A stretch of DNA of 64,000 nt from Deltaproteobacteria bacterium (GTDB lineage: Bacteria > SAR324 > XYD2-FULL-50-16), in the NCBI GenBank assembly GCA_018645005.1, contig JABGPJ010000058.1:30965-94964 (forward strand). Reading direction: 5' to 3'. The notes beneath the pieces are model-generated. The model searched no databases, was not told where the DNA came from, and saw nothing but the letters and a program-made list of their open reading frames with translations. Shown in pieces: positions 9,980 to 20,326 of the stretch (its first letter is position 1; each line of letters begins with the position of its first letter). The position numbers and the translations under genes were made by a program.

Positions 9980-11362
9980 ATGGAAAAAATTGTTCAAAAA
10001 TTTGGTGGTACCAGCATCGGAAATGCAAACCGCATGAAAGCGGTTGCCGGCATTGTACAAAAAACCCTGGAAAACAATATCCTCCCGGTTGTTGTCCTTT
10101 CTGCTTTAAGCAGCAGAGGAAAAAAAGACGGTACTACCAGCCGACTTTTGGAAGCAGCAGAGGAAGCAATAAAAAAAGGTCCCTACTATAAGATTATCGA
10201 TCACCTCCTGGATACTCACATTAAAATCGTCAAAGACGCTATTGAAATTCGTAACCTCCGAGAGGAACTGGAAGAGGAGATCGAGAGTGAACTGCATAAA
10301 CTCAAGTTGTTTTTGGATGCCATTCAAGTGATCGGAGAAATCTCGCCCCGATCTCTGGATGTCATTATCGGTACGGGCGAGAAACTGTCAGCACGCATAT
10401 TTACAAGTACATTGATCAGTCAAGGCACCGATGCCAGTTACGTCAACCTGGATAATGTGATTGACAAACCGTTTCATGAAATTGACCAGCGTTTTTGCTC
10501 CTACCTGCAGAAAAAACTGGCGAATCTTGTGAAAGAGTGTGGAGCCAATGTACCCGTGGTGACCGGATTTATGGGATTTGTTCCATACGGTATCATACGG
10601 AGTATTGGCAGGGGATATACCGACTTTACAGCAGCCCTGATTGCAACCGGAATTCGGGCGAAGGAGCTACAGATCTGGAAGGAAGTCAACGGGATATATA
10701 CTGCAGATCCCAAGAAAGTCAACTCCGCAAAAGTGTTGACCCGGATCACGCCGGCAGAAGCCTCAGAATTGACCTATTTTGGTTCCGAAGTGATCCACCC
10801 GTTTACAATGGAGCAGGTAACAAATGCCAATATCCCTGTGCGGATTAAAAATACGTTTGAACCCGATCTGCCAGGTACAATTATCAAACCACCGGAAAAA
10901 TCGGGCAGTGAGAAGAATGGAGCGACTGCTGTGACAGTCAAACGGGATATCGTGATCGTCAATATCCAATCCAATCGTATGCTGATGGCTTATGGTTTCA
11001 TGTCTAAGGTCTTTGACATCTTTAACCGCTATGAAATTGTCATCGATCTGGTTTCAACATCAGAAGTCAGTGTTTCTCTTTCCCTTGATAATATGCAAAA
11101 TCTGGATCAGGCCATGCGCGATCTCAAGCATCTGGGTTCTGTTTCACTCAGAAAGGGAATGGCCATTCTCAGCCTAGTGGGAGAGGGAATGAAAAATTCA
11201 GTTGGAACTGCCGGGAGGATGTTTTCAAATCTGGCTGAACAGGGTATTAATATCGAGGTTATCTCTCAGGGCGCCTCGGAGGTCAACATATCTTGTGCCA
11301 TCGAAGACCAGTACAGTGACAAAGCGCTCAAAGCTGTGCACGAAATGCTGGTGGAAATCTAA
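9980..11362 (+). CDS. Aspartate kinase (monofunctional, with C-terminal ACT domains)
   Basis: KFGGTSIG kinase motif at the N-terminus. 460 aa. The C-terminal tandem ACT-like region ends in ...GINIEVISQGASEVNISCAI. Confidence 0.9.
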   Translation: MEKIVQKFGGTSIGNANRMKAVAGIVQKTLENNILPVVVLSALSSRGKKDGTTSRLLEAAEEAIKKGPYYKIIDHLLDTHIKIVKDAIEIRNLREELEEEIESELHKLKLFLDAIQVIGEISPRSLDVIIGTGEKLSARIFTSTLISQGTDASYVNLDNVIDKPFHEIDQRFCSYLQKKLANLVKECGANVPVVTGFMGFVPYGIIRSIGRGYTDFTAALIATGIRAKELQIWKEVNGIYTADPKKVNSAKVLTRITPAEASELTYFGSEVIHPFTMEQVTNANIPVRIKNTFEPDLPGTIIKPPEKSGSEKNGATAVTVKRDIVIVNIQSNRMLMAYGFMSKVFDIFNRYEIVIDLVSTSEVSVSLSLDNMQNLDQAMRDLKHLGSVSLRKGMAILSLVGEGMKNSVGTAGRMFSNLAEQGINIEVISQGASEVNISCAIEDQYSDKALKAVHEMLVEI

Positions 11363-11440
11363 ACTTTTTCAAATTGCCTTTTAAGATGCAGCGAGCAGAT
11401 TCATCGGCCCTGCTGCAATCCCCCAACCGAATGATCAATC

Positions 11441-12073
11441 ATGTTGTCTAAATCCATTCAAAGGATTTTTCGATTACTCTCCGAACACTTTCCAAACCCT
11501 CAGACCGAGCTCATTTTTAATGATCACTACCAGCTGCTCATCGCCGTCATTCTCAGCGCACAGGCAACTGACGTGTCTGTTAATCGTGTGACCACCACAC
11601 TGTTTAAAGACGCACCCACACCTACAAAAATGGTCCAATTAGGGGAAAAAGGGATCAAAAACCACATTAAAAGCATTGGATTATCAAATACAAAAGCCAA
11701 AAACGTGCTGAATACCAGCAGAATCCTGATTGAGAAACACGATTCAAAAATCCCGGATACACGTGACGCGTTGGAAACGCTACCGGGTGTTGGTAATAAA
11801 ACAGCAGGTGTGGTGTTGAATGTGGCATACGGAGAAGCGACTATTCCGGTTGACACCCATGTTTTCAGGGTTTCCAACCGATTGGGTCTGGTCAAAACGA
11901 AAACACCCACTGAAACCGAAAAACGACTGCTGAAAATTGTCCCGCAGGAGTTTCTGCCCAAAGCGCATCATTTGTTGATTCTACACGGCAGATATGTCTG
12001 TAAAGCCAGAAAACCGCTTTGCATGGACTGTTGCATCAAACAACAGTGTGAGTATCCGGAGAAAACGGCCTAG
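11441..12073 (+). CDS. nth: Endonuclease III (DNA-(apurinic/apyrimidinic site) lyase)
   Basis: Helix-hairpin-helix LPGVGNKTAGVV, catalytic region VDTHVFRV, and C-terminal [4Fe-4S] motif CKARKPLCMDCCIKQQC. Confidence 0.92.
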   Translation: MLSKSIQRIFRLLSEHFPNPQTELIFNDHYQLLIAVILSAQATDVSVNRVTTTLFKDAPTPTKMVQLGEKGIKNHIKSIGLSNTKAKNVLNTSRILIEKHDSKIPDTRDALETLPGVGNKTAGVVLNVAYGEATIPVDTHVFRVSNRLGLVKTKTPTETEKRLLKIVPQEFLPKAHHLLILHGRYVCKARKPLCMDCCIKQQCEYPEKTA

Positions 12074-12133
12074 AGGTTTGTCGCAGAAGAGAGGGAAAGA
12101 GCCGACTGGGAGCCGATTTGAAATAAATAAACT

Positions 12134-15046
12134 TTATTCGGCTGCCGTTACTGTGGGGTTGTGGCTCAAGTATTTATCAAATTGCAGATCGTTCAAGATG
12201 CGCTTGTGCATTTCATTTGCCATGGGTCCCCATAAGGCATCCGGATTTTTCTCTGCAGCTTTCTTCAGTTCATCAAAAATCTTGAGAGCCTGATCCTTTT
12301 TTTCGTTTTTCACGTAGATCTCGCCCTGATAATACTTGGCCCATGGGGTCCTGTCCGATTCAGGGAACAAACGCACGGCCTCACCGTATGTCTCCATAGC
12401 TTCAGGCAGCTGGTTCAATTCTTTGTAAAGATCCCCAAGCAGAAAATAGGTTTCCACCACCGTTTCATCCACGAACTTGCTTTGCAATGGGTGTTCATAG
12501 GAGTTCAGCACGTTTTTATAGGCTTCGATGGAATCATCGTATTGCCCGATTCCAAAATAAAGTTTTCCCAGCGCAAACCAGCAGGAAGGTATAATTTCAC
12601 GCTCTAAAATGTTTTCAGAATCCTGATAATCACGGATAGTCTGTTGGTAAATACGAATGGCCCTGGAAATCCGATCTGCCTTGTGTACTTTAAAATAAGA
12701 GTCGCCAAGGGTTTTCTTGACTTGTGGCGTGTAGACATGCTCTGGATACTGATTGATGAATTTCAAGAATATACTTTGAGCCCTTTCCGGCTGTTCAAGG
12801 GAATCATATATCTTCCCCTTATTGAAAAGTACAACAGAGCTCAGAGGATCATTGGCATCTTGAAGGATAAGTTCATATTGTTCCAGCGCTTTGGGGTATA
12901 ACCTTAAGCGATAATATGAGTCCGCGATCAGGAACAGTGGCGCTTTCTTTATCAGCCTTTGAGCTACATTTTTTGGATTTTCATCAGGTTTCAATTTGAA
13001 ACAAGTGCTATAATGGGGTCGCTTATAGTATTTGTTTTCATATTGTTCAAACACACCCAGTGCATTCAAGTACTCTCCTTTGTAATAATAGTCTGCAATA
13101 TAAGACTTAATGGTGTCCTGGATGCGGTCGTGAATGATGTGATTCACCACATAAATGTTTTCTGGATATTTCCTGCAGAACTGTTCGAGATTATCGACAG
13201 CGTCTGCATATTGATGAAAAAGTGAAAGTGTCAACGCTTTTCTCAGCATGGCTTCTTCTTTCAGCGTATCTGATGCTGTTTTGTCATCAATCACAAAATT
13301 GTATTTCTTAATAGCTTCCTGAAATTGATTTTTGCCCGGTTTCTCCGCTTGAATATTGGCAATACGCATTTTCCCTATTAAATAAAGTTCTTCCGGGTAC
13401 CTGTTGATCGCTTGTTTGTAGGCCTTGATCGCATCCTCATCTTTAGCTTCAGCTCTCAGAAAATCGCCGATTCGTATCGCAACCAGATTACTAAAGGATT
13501 CACTGGGGTATCGATCAATCAGCTGCTCGTAAAGAGCTCTGGCCGTATTGTAGTCCTCGTTTTCAAAATAGGCCTCCCCCATATGAAACATTAATGCCGG
13601 GTCTTTTTTCATATAGGCCGCATTGAGACTCCAGGCTTTATCAAAATTCTTTTTGGCTTCCTTGTACCTTTTTAATTGAAATTGAGCCTCACCGATTTTA
13701 TAATAAGCGGCGTGAATTCCCGGAGACTTGGCGTTCTCTTCGACAAATCTTTCCAGCAATTCAATACTCTTTTCATAACGCTCCATATTCAAGTGGATGA
13801 CCCCTTGATGAAACACAGCGTTTTTTGAATAGGGAGATTCCGGATATTTCCTCAGAATAATTTCAAATTGATTGAACGCATCTTCCCAGAATTTCAGGTT
13901 TAGATAGTTTCGGCCGATATTATAATAGGCTCTGGGAATGCTATCATACCCTAAATCTGCTGTGAGAGCCGAATTGATGGCGCTCTTATACTCCTGGATC
14001 ACAAACAGTTCACCGTTTTTTTCTTCCGTCCGATTCTGATATTGATAAAATGAATCTGCAGACCTGAAATTCGCCCGTACGCCAATTTCGGAATTGGGAG
14101 CGAAATTATAGATGTTCTTGAACATGAGACCCGCCTGCTCAAAGCGGCCCAATTTAAAAAACTTTTCAGCTTCTTCGAAGCGTGTCGTCAAAAACTTGTC
14201 TCTGTCGAGTTTTTCCTTATTCTCTTCCTCCTTTTTCTGTTCTTCCTCTTTTAAATCAACATCAGGGTCAGAAACAAGCTCTTGCTTGTTTTCAGATACA
14301 ACAAAAGTCAAACTAATGGGTGATTTGGAGGAGGAGGCATCAATTTTCAAAGTATATTTCTGCGGTGCCATAACCACATTCAGGTATTTACCCCGTTTTT
14401 CAAACTTGATGTATTTTATTAAATCGGTTTCTGCATCCGGAACGATCAATCGCTCTGTCAGGCGAGCATTGAGTAACCGGACCTTCATCAGTTTCCCCGG
14501 TCTGGTTTTGTCTCGGGTGACATCATATTGGAGAGGTTTTTTCGAAAACACCGTGATCCGTTCAGAGCTCGGTCTCAGCTCTCTTGAAACCCGTGTAATT
14601 TCGATTCCAGCCAGTTCCGCTATTTTTTCAAACAGGCGTGTAAACTCAATCGACAGTTTCAATGAGTTTTTATTCCGCCTGATGATAGCTGCTTTGATAT
14701 CAGTGGATTTAGTTCTTATTTTTATTAAATACTCGGAATTACCTATATCTTGTATTTCCAAACCTCTGATAAGGGAATTTTCTTTGAAAACATGCATTTT
14801 CCCTATGTTTCCCAAATCCATATTTCGGAGCTTGATAATATAAATTCGATGTTTGAGATTTTCGAAGACCTCGAAATCAGGTTTGGCGTCAAAGTAGATG
14901 TTAAGTTTTGCCTGATGTGCCCCTTTAGAGTAGTTGTCAATCTTCTTTAAAGCATAAGACGTGGCCTGAACACTTGCAGGAAGTCCAAAGAAGCAAAAAC
15001 TCAATATCAAGCACAAACAGCTTTTGATTTGATGACGATTTATCAT
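12134..15046 (-). CDS. Large secreted TPR-repeat protein with beta-rich (AMIN-like) N-terminal modules
   Basis: Signal peptide (CLCLILSFCFFGLPASVQA), about 250 aa of beta-rich N-terminal modules, a K/E-rich linker, then many TPR-like units (repeated Y..A..Y......A...F..........P pattern). 970 aa. Confidence 0.7.
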   Translation of the reverse strand: MINRHQIKSCLCLILSFCFFGLPASVQATSYALKKIDNYSKGAHQAKLNIYFDAKPDFEVFENLKHRIYIIKLRNMDLGNIGKMHVFKENSLIRGLEIQDIGNSEYLIKIRTKSTDIKAAIIRRNKNSLKLSIEFTRLFEKIAELAGIEITRVSRELRPSSERITVFSKKPLQYDVTRDKTRPGKLMKVRLLNARLTERLIVPDAETDLIKYIKFEKRGKYLNVVMAPQKYTLKIDASSSKSPISLTFVVSENKQELVSDPDVDLKEEEQKKEEENKEKLDRDKFLTTRFEEAEKFFKLGRFEQAGLMFKNIYNFAPNSEIGVRANFRSADSFYQYQNRTEEKNGELFVIQEYKSAINSALTADLGYDSIPRAYYNIGRNYLNLKFWEDAFNQFEIILRKYPESPYSKNAVFHQGVIHLNMERYEKSIELLERFVEENAKSPGIHAAYYKIGEAQFQLKRYKEAKKNFDKAWSLNAAYMKKDPALMFHMGEAYFENEDYNTARALYEQLIDRYPSESFSNLVAIRIGDFLRAEAKDEDAIKAYKQAINRYPEELYLIGKMRIANIQAEKPGKNQFQEAIKKYNFVIDDKTASDTLKEEAMLRKALTLSLFHQYADAVDNLEQFCRKYPENIYVVNHIIHDRIQDTIKSYIADYYYKGEYLNALGVFEQYENKYYKRPHYSTCFKLKPDENPKNVAQRLIKKAPLFLIADSYYRLRLYPKALEQYELILQDANDPLSSVVLFNKGKIYDSLEQPERAQSIFLKFINQYPEHVYTPQVKKTLGDSYFKVHKADRISRAIRIYQQTIRDYQDSENILEREIIPSCWFALGKLYFGIGQYDDSIEAYKNVLNSYEHPLQSKFVDETVVETYFLLGDLYKELNQLPEAMETYGEAVRLFPESDRTPWAKYYQGEIYVKNEKKDQALKIFDELKKAAEKNPDALWGPMANEMHKRILNDLQFDKYLSHNPTVTAAE

Positions 15047-15297
15047 ATCAAATAATTCCAGGACGGTTCACGGCCCATTCACGTCTAAACCATTTCCTAT
15101 AGAGAAACAATGGCATAGACAGTCGTTTTAAGGGCGAATACAAATATCCCGCAGTTATTGTTCTCTGTTCTGCGAGAATGCAGGGGGAATACCTTGTAGA
15201 ATGATAAGCAAAACTCCTGCCTATCAACAGTAATAGTGAAGTTATTTCGGAATATTATTTCAAATAAGATAATATGTAACTATTCAGCATGAGTTCC

Positions 15298-15394
15298 GTC
15301 GAGGGTATCTTGATTCAAAACACGCATAAATCGATCCCTGGAGCTGTTGGAAAACGTCCTGTTTTCCATCGTTTTGAATCAAGAAACCCTCGAC
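15298..15394. repeat. Long inverted repeat (24-bp arms, 23/24 complementary, 49-nt spacer containing a nested 7-bp hairpin)
   Basis: GTCGAGGGTATCTTGATTCAAAAC (15298..15321) pairs with GTTTTGAATCAAGAAACCCTCGAC (15371..15394). Inner hairpin GGAAAAC-GTCCT-GTTTTCC (15349..15367). Lies in the 485-bp gap between the bactofilin stop and the TPR gene start. Confidence 0.8.
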
Positions 15395-15531
15395 TCCCGA
15401 AAAGTGGTGAATAATTACTATAATACTTCCATTTTTTCAGAAGATGAAGAGGATAATAGAAAGGAAAAATATCGTTACGGGCGTCAGAGATCGCAATTGA
15501 AGGTCATCAGGACAGGATTCGGTCACCTCTT

Positions 15532-16026
15532 TCAATACTCGACCAGAGGCACATCGCTCTGTCCGTGCCCGATGCTCTGACGATTCTGGTCGAGTTGTCG
15601 TTGATGATGGACTGTGTAGAAACCCTCCATTTTTAAAGCGTTTTTTTCCTCAAAGCTGAGGTGTCGAATCATGATACACTCTCCCTGAAATAACGCCCCG
15701 TCCTCGATACTGAAATCACTTGTGTATACCAGCCCCTCGAGTCTACCAGGAGCATAAAGCTCCAATTTTTCAGTCGCTTTGACATTACCCAAAACCGTTC
15801 CAGAGATAATCACGTTATCTGCAACAATATCGGCTTCTACAGAGGCCAACTCAGTGATGATGACGGTGCTTGGCTTCGAACTTTTACAGATGATTTGGCC
15901 CAATACATCGCCGTCAATCCTGAGCGTTCCGTCAAAACGGATCTCACCTTCAAAATGGCTGCCTACCCCGAGCAGTCCGGATATCTCATGTTGTTTTTCT
16001 TTTCTCATCCTGAAACTTGTAATCAC
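15532..16026 (-). CDS. Bactofilin (DUF583 polymer-forming cytoskeletal protein)
   Basis: Beta-helical repeat core FEGEIRFDGTLRIDGDVLGQI...VEADIVADNVIISGTVLGNVKATEKLELYAPGRLEGLVYTSDFSIEDGALFQGEC. GTG start at 16026, with an alternative ATG six codons in. Confidence 0.85.
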   Translation of the reverse strand: MITSFRMRKEKQHEISGLLGVGSHFEGEIRFDGTLRIDGDVLGQIICKSSKPSTVIITELASVEADIVADNVIISGTVLGNVKATEKLELYAPGRLEGLVYTSDFSIEDGALFQGECIMIRHLSFEEKNALKMEGFYTVHHQRQLDQNRQSIGHGQSDVPLVEY

Positions 16027-16806
16027 CTATTCAAGAAATATCTCTTTTTTTATTTCGAAAACCTGTCTCCCTAAAAGCCGACCCTTATAAGAGTATAGAA
16101 AAACAATAGCGTCTGTATAGTATTCATTCACTTCAGTCAGAGTGAATTTGAAACGTTTTGTACTGGAACGTCGCTTAATGAGGTATTGTCTACCGGTTTT
16201 ATAACTTGCCGGATACCCATCTTCACCTATTGCCCCTTTTGAGATGGATTTGAACAAGGGTGGCGAGTGACCACTGTTCCTCAGCGTTATGCCGATATAC
16301 CCACCGATTCTTTGGATGGGATTGGAGGTATTTAGCAGTTTTATAAGAATATTCAGATCGTCGCCTGCAACTGAAGCATCGAACCGCTCGATCTCTGCGG
16401 ATGTTGTTCCCTCCAGTAAATCTTCTTCTGAAAGGGTACTTTTATCAGTAACCCAGATCCCTTCGGTAGAAAAACGGGGTTGACTAAGAATGGCAGATTT
16501 TACCGTCACACTCTCTTCTGATTTTACCTCTTCACTTCCCCAGTATCGGTCATGGTCCAGTTTTGATATCTGTTCTGATAGAACCGTCACCTTTTTCTGT
16601 GACTCTTTCAGTGCCAGATTCAGATTTTTTGAATTTGCATGCAACAGCAGATAGCTAATTGAAGCGTAGACAAGTATTGAAAATAACAGAAGAAAGACGA
16701 TGAGAAAAAACAACACTTTGGCTGGCTTAACAGTAAACGAAATCGGAATACCGATATTCCGAACAATCATGATGGTATATATTTCCTTATCTGCCATATT
16801 GCTCAC
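16027..16806 (-). CDS. Membrane-anchored coiled-coil protein, unknown function
   Basis: N-terminus YTIMIVRNIGIPISFTV + TM helix + coiled coil resembles the leader module of many M23 peptidases. I see no HxxxD/HxH catalytic motif in the C-terminal domain. Its stop codon abuts the bactofilin start. Confidence 0.55.
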   Translation of the reverse strand: MSNMADKEIYTIMIVRNIGIPISFTVKPAKVLFFLIVFLLLFSILVYASISYLLLHANSKNLNLALKESQKKVTVLSEQISKLDHDRYWGSEEVKSEESVTVKSAILSQPRFSTEGIWVTDKSTLSEEDLLEGTTSAEIERFDASVAGDDLNILIKLLNTSNPIQRIGGYIGITLRNSGHSPPLFKSISKGAIGEDGYPASYKTGRQYLIKRRSSTKRFKFTLTEVNEYYTDAIVFLYSYKGRLLGRQVFEIKKEIFLE

Positions 16807-16814
16807 CCGTGATG

Positions 16815-19217
16815 CTATGCTTTTTCCCTGTTCTCACGAAGATGATATCCGGCATTCGCCAAAACTTCAACGATCTTATCCTGAAGTGACGTAATATCCT
16901 CCGGAATCAGGGTTTTTTCCATGGAACGAAATTCGATGGAAACTGAAAGTGATTTTTTGCCAACATGTTCCTTTGGAGAAAATGTGTCAAGAAATCCAAC
17001 CTTTTTCACAAGGGGATCGACTCCCAGAATAATACCCTGGACTTCCTGAAAATATGCCTGCTCCGGCATTAAGAGTGAGACTTCGAAATTGACGGCTGGA
17101 TATTTCGGCGGTTCCCGATAAATAAACTCTTGTTTTTTGATAGAAAAAAGTTCATCAAAGTCTAGATCAGCAATACAGACGTCCCCTTTCAATCCTCGTT
17201 TATCCAGAAAATCCGGTGCAAACGTGTAAAGCTCCCCCAGCTTACATTGACCTGAAAAAACGGCTGCAGATATTTTCAAATGCTGGTAGAACTCTATCTC
17301 AGCGGTCAGTGGCGTCCATCTGATATCAGGAATCTGCAGTCTGGAAAACAGTTTCAACAGGTCGCTTTTCAGCCTGAAAAAAGAATCCCCTATTGATTCG
17401 ATTTTCTTTGACCCTCCCAAGATCAAGTGTATCGGTTCAGTAATCTCACCAGATTTGGATTTGTAATAGGTGCGACCCACTTCGAACACTTTAAAGTTCA
17501 AATTAATTTTCTGATTCTCCAGCAACGTTTGAACAAAATGTGCCAGCAACGATCTTCTCATCTGATCCTGATGCTCGGCAACCGGGTTTAGCAAACGCAT
17601 TGCAGAATCCGGATCAATGCCAAAAACAGCCTCTGTTTTTTGGCTCGTCAAAGGATAGTTGTATACTTCATGATATCCGTTTTCGCTCAAGACAGTTTTA
17701 GCCTTTCGTTCGAACTGATGCTGCCGATTAAAAGCCGGTCGCTGGATAGGGAAAAAAGGTGCCTGGGGGGTAATATTGTTGAATCCGTGAATGCGGCCGA
17801 TCTCCTCAACGAGGTCTTCTGCAATCGAAACATCCTTCGTACGTCTATGTGACGGAACATCCACAATCAACTCGGAACCCGATCCTGTAACAGTAAATTC
17901 CAAGTGACCCAGAATATCTCTGATCTCTTTCTCGTCAATATCCTTTCCAAGACGACGGCAAATGAAATCTATAGTTGTTTCGATCCGAACAGGGCTGTTC
18001 ATCTGGTTCTGAATATCGACCAAATCACCGGCCACATGCAGATCCGGATTCGTCAGCTTCATCAACTCCACAGCTCTTTGAACGGCTAATGCGGTCATCT
18101 CGGGGTCAAGGGCTTTCTCGAATCTCTGACAGGCGTCTGTCCTCAGCCCGATCCGTGTTGACGTTTTTCTGATGCCGGTAGGGTCCCAATTGGCCGCCTC
18201 AAGAAATACTGCATTTGTGCTCTCGATCACACCGGTATTGAGACCACCCACCACTCCTGCAACAACTGAAGCACCATTGGCATCGCAGATTGTCATGTCA
18301 TTTTCACCCAGCGTCACCTCTTTCTGGTGCAACGTCATTAATTTTGTACCTGAGTCTGCAGGACGCACCGTCAGCTTTTTACCTGCAATCTGATCTGCAT
18401 CGAAGGCATGCATCGGCTGCCCCATCTCCAGCATCACATAGTTTGTCAAATCAACCATGTTGTTGATCGGTCTCAGGCCGACCCGTGTCAAACGATACTG
18501 CATCCACAACGGACTGGGGGAGATACTGACGTTATCCACAGATATACCCGTAAAGCGTGGCACCAGATCCCCGGCCAGAACTTCCACTTCGATCAAACGG
18601 GATCCGGTTCCCTCCAGAATTTCAGGATTAAAATCCATCTTATCCACCGGAACTCTGAAAACAGCGCCCAATTCCCTTGCAAAACCGTAATGCCCCCACA
18701 AATCGGGTCTATGGGTAATAGATTTATTGTCAATTTCCATGACCACATCAACCTGATCAGGGAAAAGGGTTGCCAACGTATCGCCGACGTTACTGTCTTC
18801 CGGTAAAATCAACAGACCGTCGTGATCCTCAGACAGGCCCAGCTCATCTTCAGCACATAGCATACCGTCACTTTCTACACCGCGGATTTTTGCTTTTTTA
18901 ATCAGAAAGTTCCCCGGTAGCATAGCTCCCTCCCCAACAAAAGGGACCTTATCTCCGGGTTTGAAGTTGGATGCTCCACAGACAACCCGTTTTTCCTCTT
19001 TACCGGTGTTGATCGTTACGAGGCTTAGTTTATCTGCATCTGGATGGGGTTCAATGGCCAGGACCTGCGACACGAAGGTTTCTTTCAGATGTGTGCCTGT
19101 TTCTTCAAATCCTTCCACTTCACAGATCGAAAGGGTAATTTTTTCCACCAGTTCCTGATTGGAAAGATCTTCCTCGATACAAATAAAATCTTTAATCCAG
19201 TTTAATGAAATCTTCAT
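16815..19217 (-). CDS. pheT: Phenylalanine--tRNA ligase beta subunit
   Basis: 800 aa. N-terminal tRNA-binding (OB) domain MKISLNWIKDF..., with B3/4, B5 and C-terminal anticodon-binding-like regions. Lies immediately downstream of pheS. Confidence 0.95.
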   Translation of the reverse strand: MKISLNWIKDFICIEEDLSNQELVEKITLSICEVEGFEETGTHLKETFVSQVLAIEPHPDADKLSLVTINTGKEEKRVVCGASNFKPGDKVPFVGEGAMLPGNFLIKKAKIRGVESDGMLCAEDELGLSEDHDGLLILPEDSNVGDTLATLFPDQVDVVMEIDNKSITHRPDLWGHYGFARELGAVFRVPVDKMDFNPEILEGTGSRLIEVEVLAGDLVPRFTGISVDNVSISPSPLWMQYRLTRVGLRPINNMVDLTNYVMLEMGQPMHAFDADQIAGKKLTVRPADSGTKLMTLHQKEVTLGENDMTICDANGASVVAGVVGGLNTGVIESTNAVFLEAANWDPTGIRKTSTRIGLRTDACQRFEKALDPEMTALAVQRAVELMKLTNPDLHVAGDLVDIQNQMNSPVRIETTIDFICRRLGKDIDEKEIRDILGHLEFTVTGSGSELIVDVPSHRRTKDVSIAEDLVEEIGRIHGFNNITPQAPFFPIQRPAFNRQHQFERKAKTVLSENGYHEVYNYPLTSQKTEAVFGIDPDSAMRLLNPVAEHQDQMRRSLLAHFVQTLLENQKINLNFKVFEVGRTYYKSKSGEITEPIHLILGGSKKIESIGDSFFRLKSDLLKLFSRLQIPDIRWTPLTAEIEFYQHLKISAAVFSGQCKLGELYTFAPDFLDKRGLKGDVCIADLDFDELFSIKKQEFIYREPPKYPAVNFEVSLLMPEQAYFQEVQGIILGVDPLVKKVGFLDTFSPKEHVGKKSLSVSIEFRSMEKTLIPEDITSLQDKIVEVLANAGYHLRENREKA

Positions 19218-19293
19218 GTTGGTATTTAAAATGTGAATAAATCAATTGAATAGTGATCAAACGGTTGTGGTTGTCAACCAGGTGGAAAACAGT

Positions 19294-20322
19294 TTAAAGA
19301 ACTGTAAAACAACGGGCAAAATTCAGGTTCCCTCCATGCAAAGGTCGAATATCTGTAATGTCATATTTCATCATTGCCAGACGATCGATCCCTATCCCAA
19401 ACGCAAATCCTGAGTAGACAGACGGATCAATATTTCCCGCCCTCAGAACATTCGGGTGTACCATCCCACAACCAATCAATTCAATCCATCCAACCCGTTT
19501 ACAGAACTTACAGCCTTCCCCCTTACATAACAGGCATCTCATATCCAACTCAAATCCAGGTTCCACAAAGGGAAAATATCCAGGTCTCAAACGGACTTCC
19601 ACCTCGTTTTCAAAAATTTCGCTGAGCATGGTTTTCATAAAATAGATCAAATGGGCTACCGAAATATCCTTGTCAACCATCATCCCTTCAAACTGGTGAA
19701 AACAGGAGTCGTGAGACGCATCAGTCCGCTCGCAGCGAAAGACCTTTCCCGGACCTACAATTCTCAGCGGCGGCTGGATTCGTTCCATGCCCCGTATCTG
19801 GATGGGAGATGTGTGGGTTCTTAACAGGTGACCATCCTCAAAGTAGAACGTATCCTGCATATCACGGGCGGGGTGATGTGCTGCGATATTCAGCGCCTCA
19901 AAATTGTAGTACTCCGTTTCAATATGAGGCCCGTCCAGGACCTGAAAACCCATCGCGATAAACGCATCTTCAAGCTTTTGCTGTACGACAGTCACAGGAT
20001 GGAGACTGCCGGGTTCGGTCTGATACGGATCAGTCGTAATATCAATCCATTCACACTGCATGCGCTGTTCATACTCCAAATGCTTAAGATCCTCTCTACG
20101 AAGATCAATTTTCTCCTGAAAAAGGACCTTGAGCCGATTGACACTCTTTCCGATTTCCGCTTTTTTCTCGTTAGAAAGTTCTTTCAGCTGCTTCATGAAT
20201 TGGGAGAGTTCTCCTTTTTTGCCCAGAAACTGAACCTTGATCTCCTCCAACTCTTTCATATTGGATATTTCCTGGAGTCTTCTCCTGAATGAGTGCTCCA
20301 TTTTTTCGAAATTGTTACTCAT
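19294..20322 (-). CDS. pheS: Phenylalanine--tRNA ligase alpha subunit
   Basis: Class II aaRS motif 2 FRCERTDASHDSCFHQFEGM and motif 3 GFAFGIGIDRLAM. 342 aa. Confidence 0.95.
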   Translation of the reverse strand: MSNNFEKMEHSFRRRLQEISNMKELEEIKVQFLGKKGELSQFMKQLKELSNEKKAEIGKSVNRLKVLFQEKIDLRREDLKHLEYEQRMQCEWIDITTDPYQTEPGSLHPVTVVQQKLEDAFIAMGFQVLDGPHIETEYYNFEALNIAAHHPARDMQDTFYFEDGHLLRTHTSPIQIRGMERIQPPLRIVGPGKVFRCERTDASHDSCFHQFEGMMVDKDISVAHLIYFMKTMLSEIFENEVEVRLRPGYFPFVEPGFELDMRCLLCKGEGCKFCKRVGWIELIGCGMVHPNVLRAGNIDPSVYSGFAFGIGIDRLAMMKYDITDIRPLHGGNLNFARCFTVL

Positions 20323-20326
20323 AGCC

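Noticed and set aside
14112-14843. 243-aa + strand ORF inside the TPR gene
   Set aside because: It lies entirely antisense to the 970-aa TPR gene. Its Ser/Phe-rich, low-complexity translation is the mirror image of the K/E-rich linker on the other strand. This is a shadow ORF.
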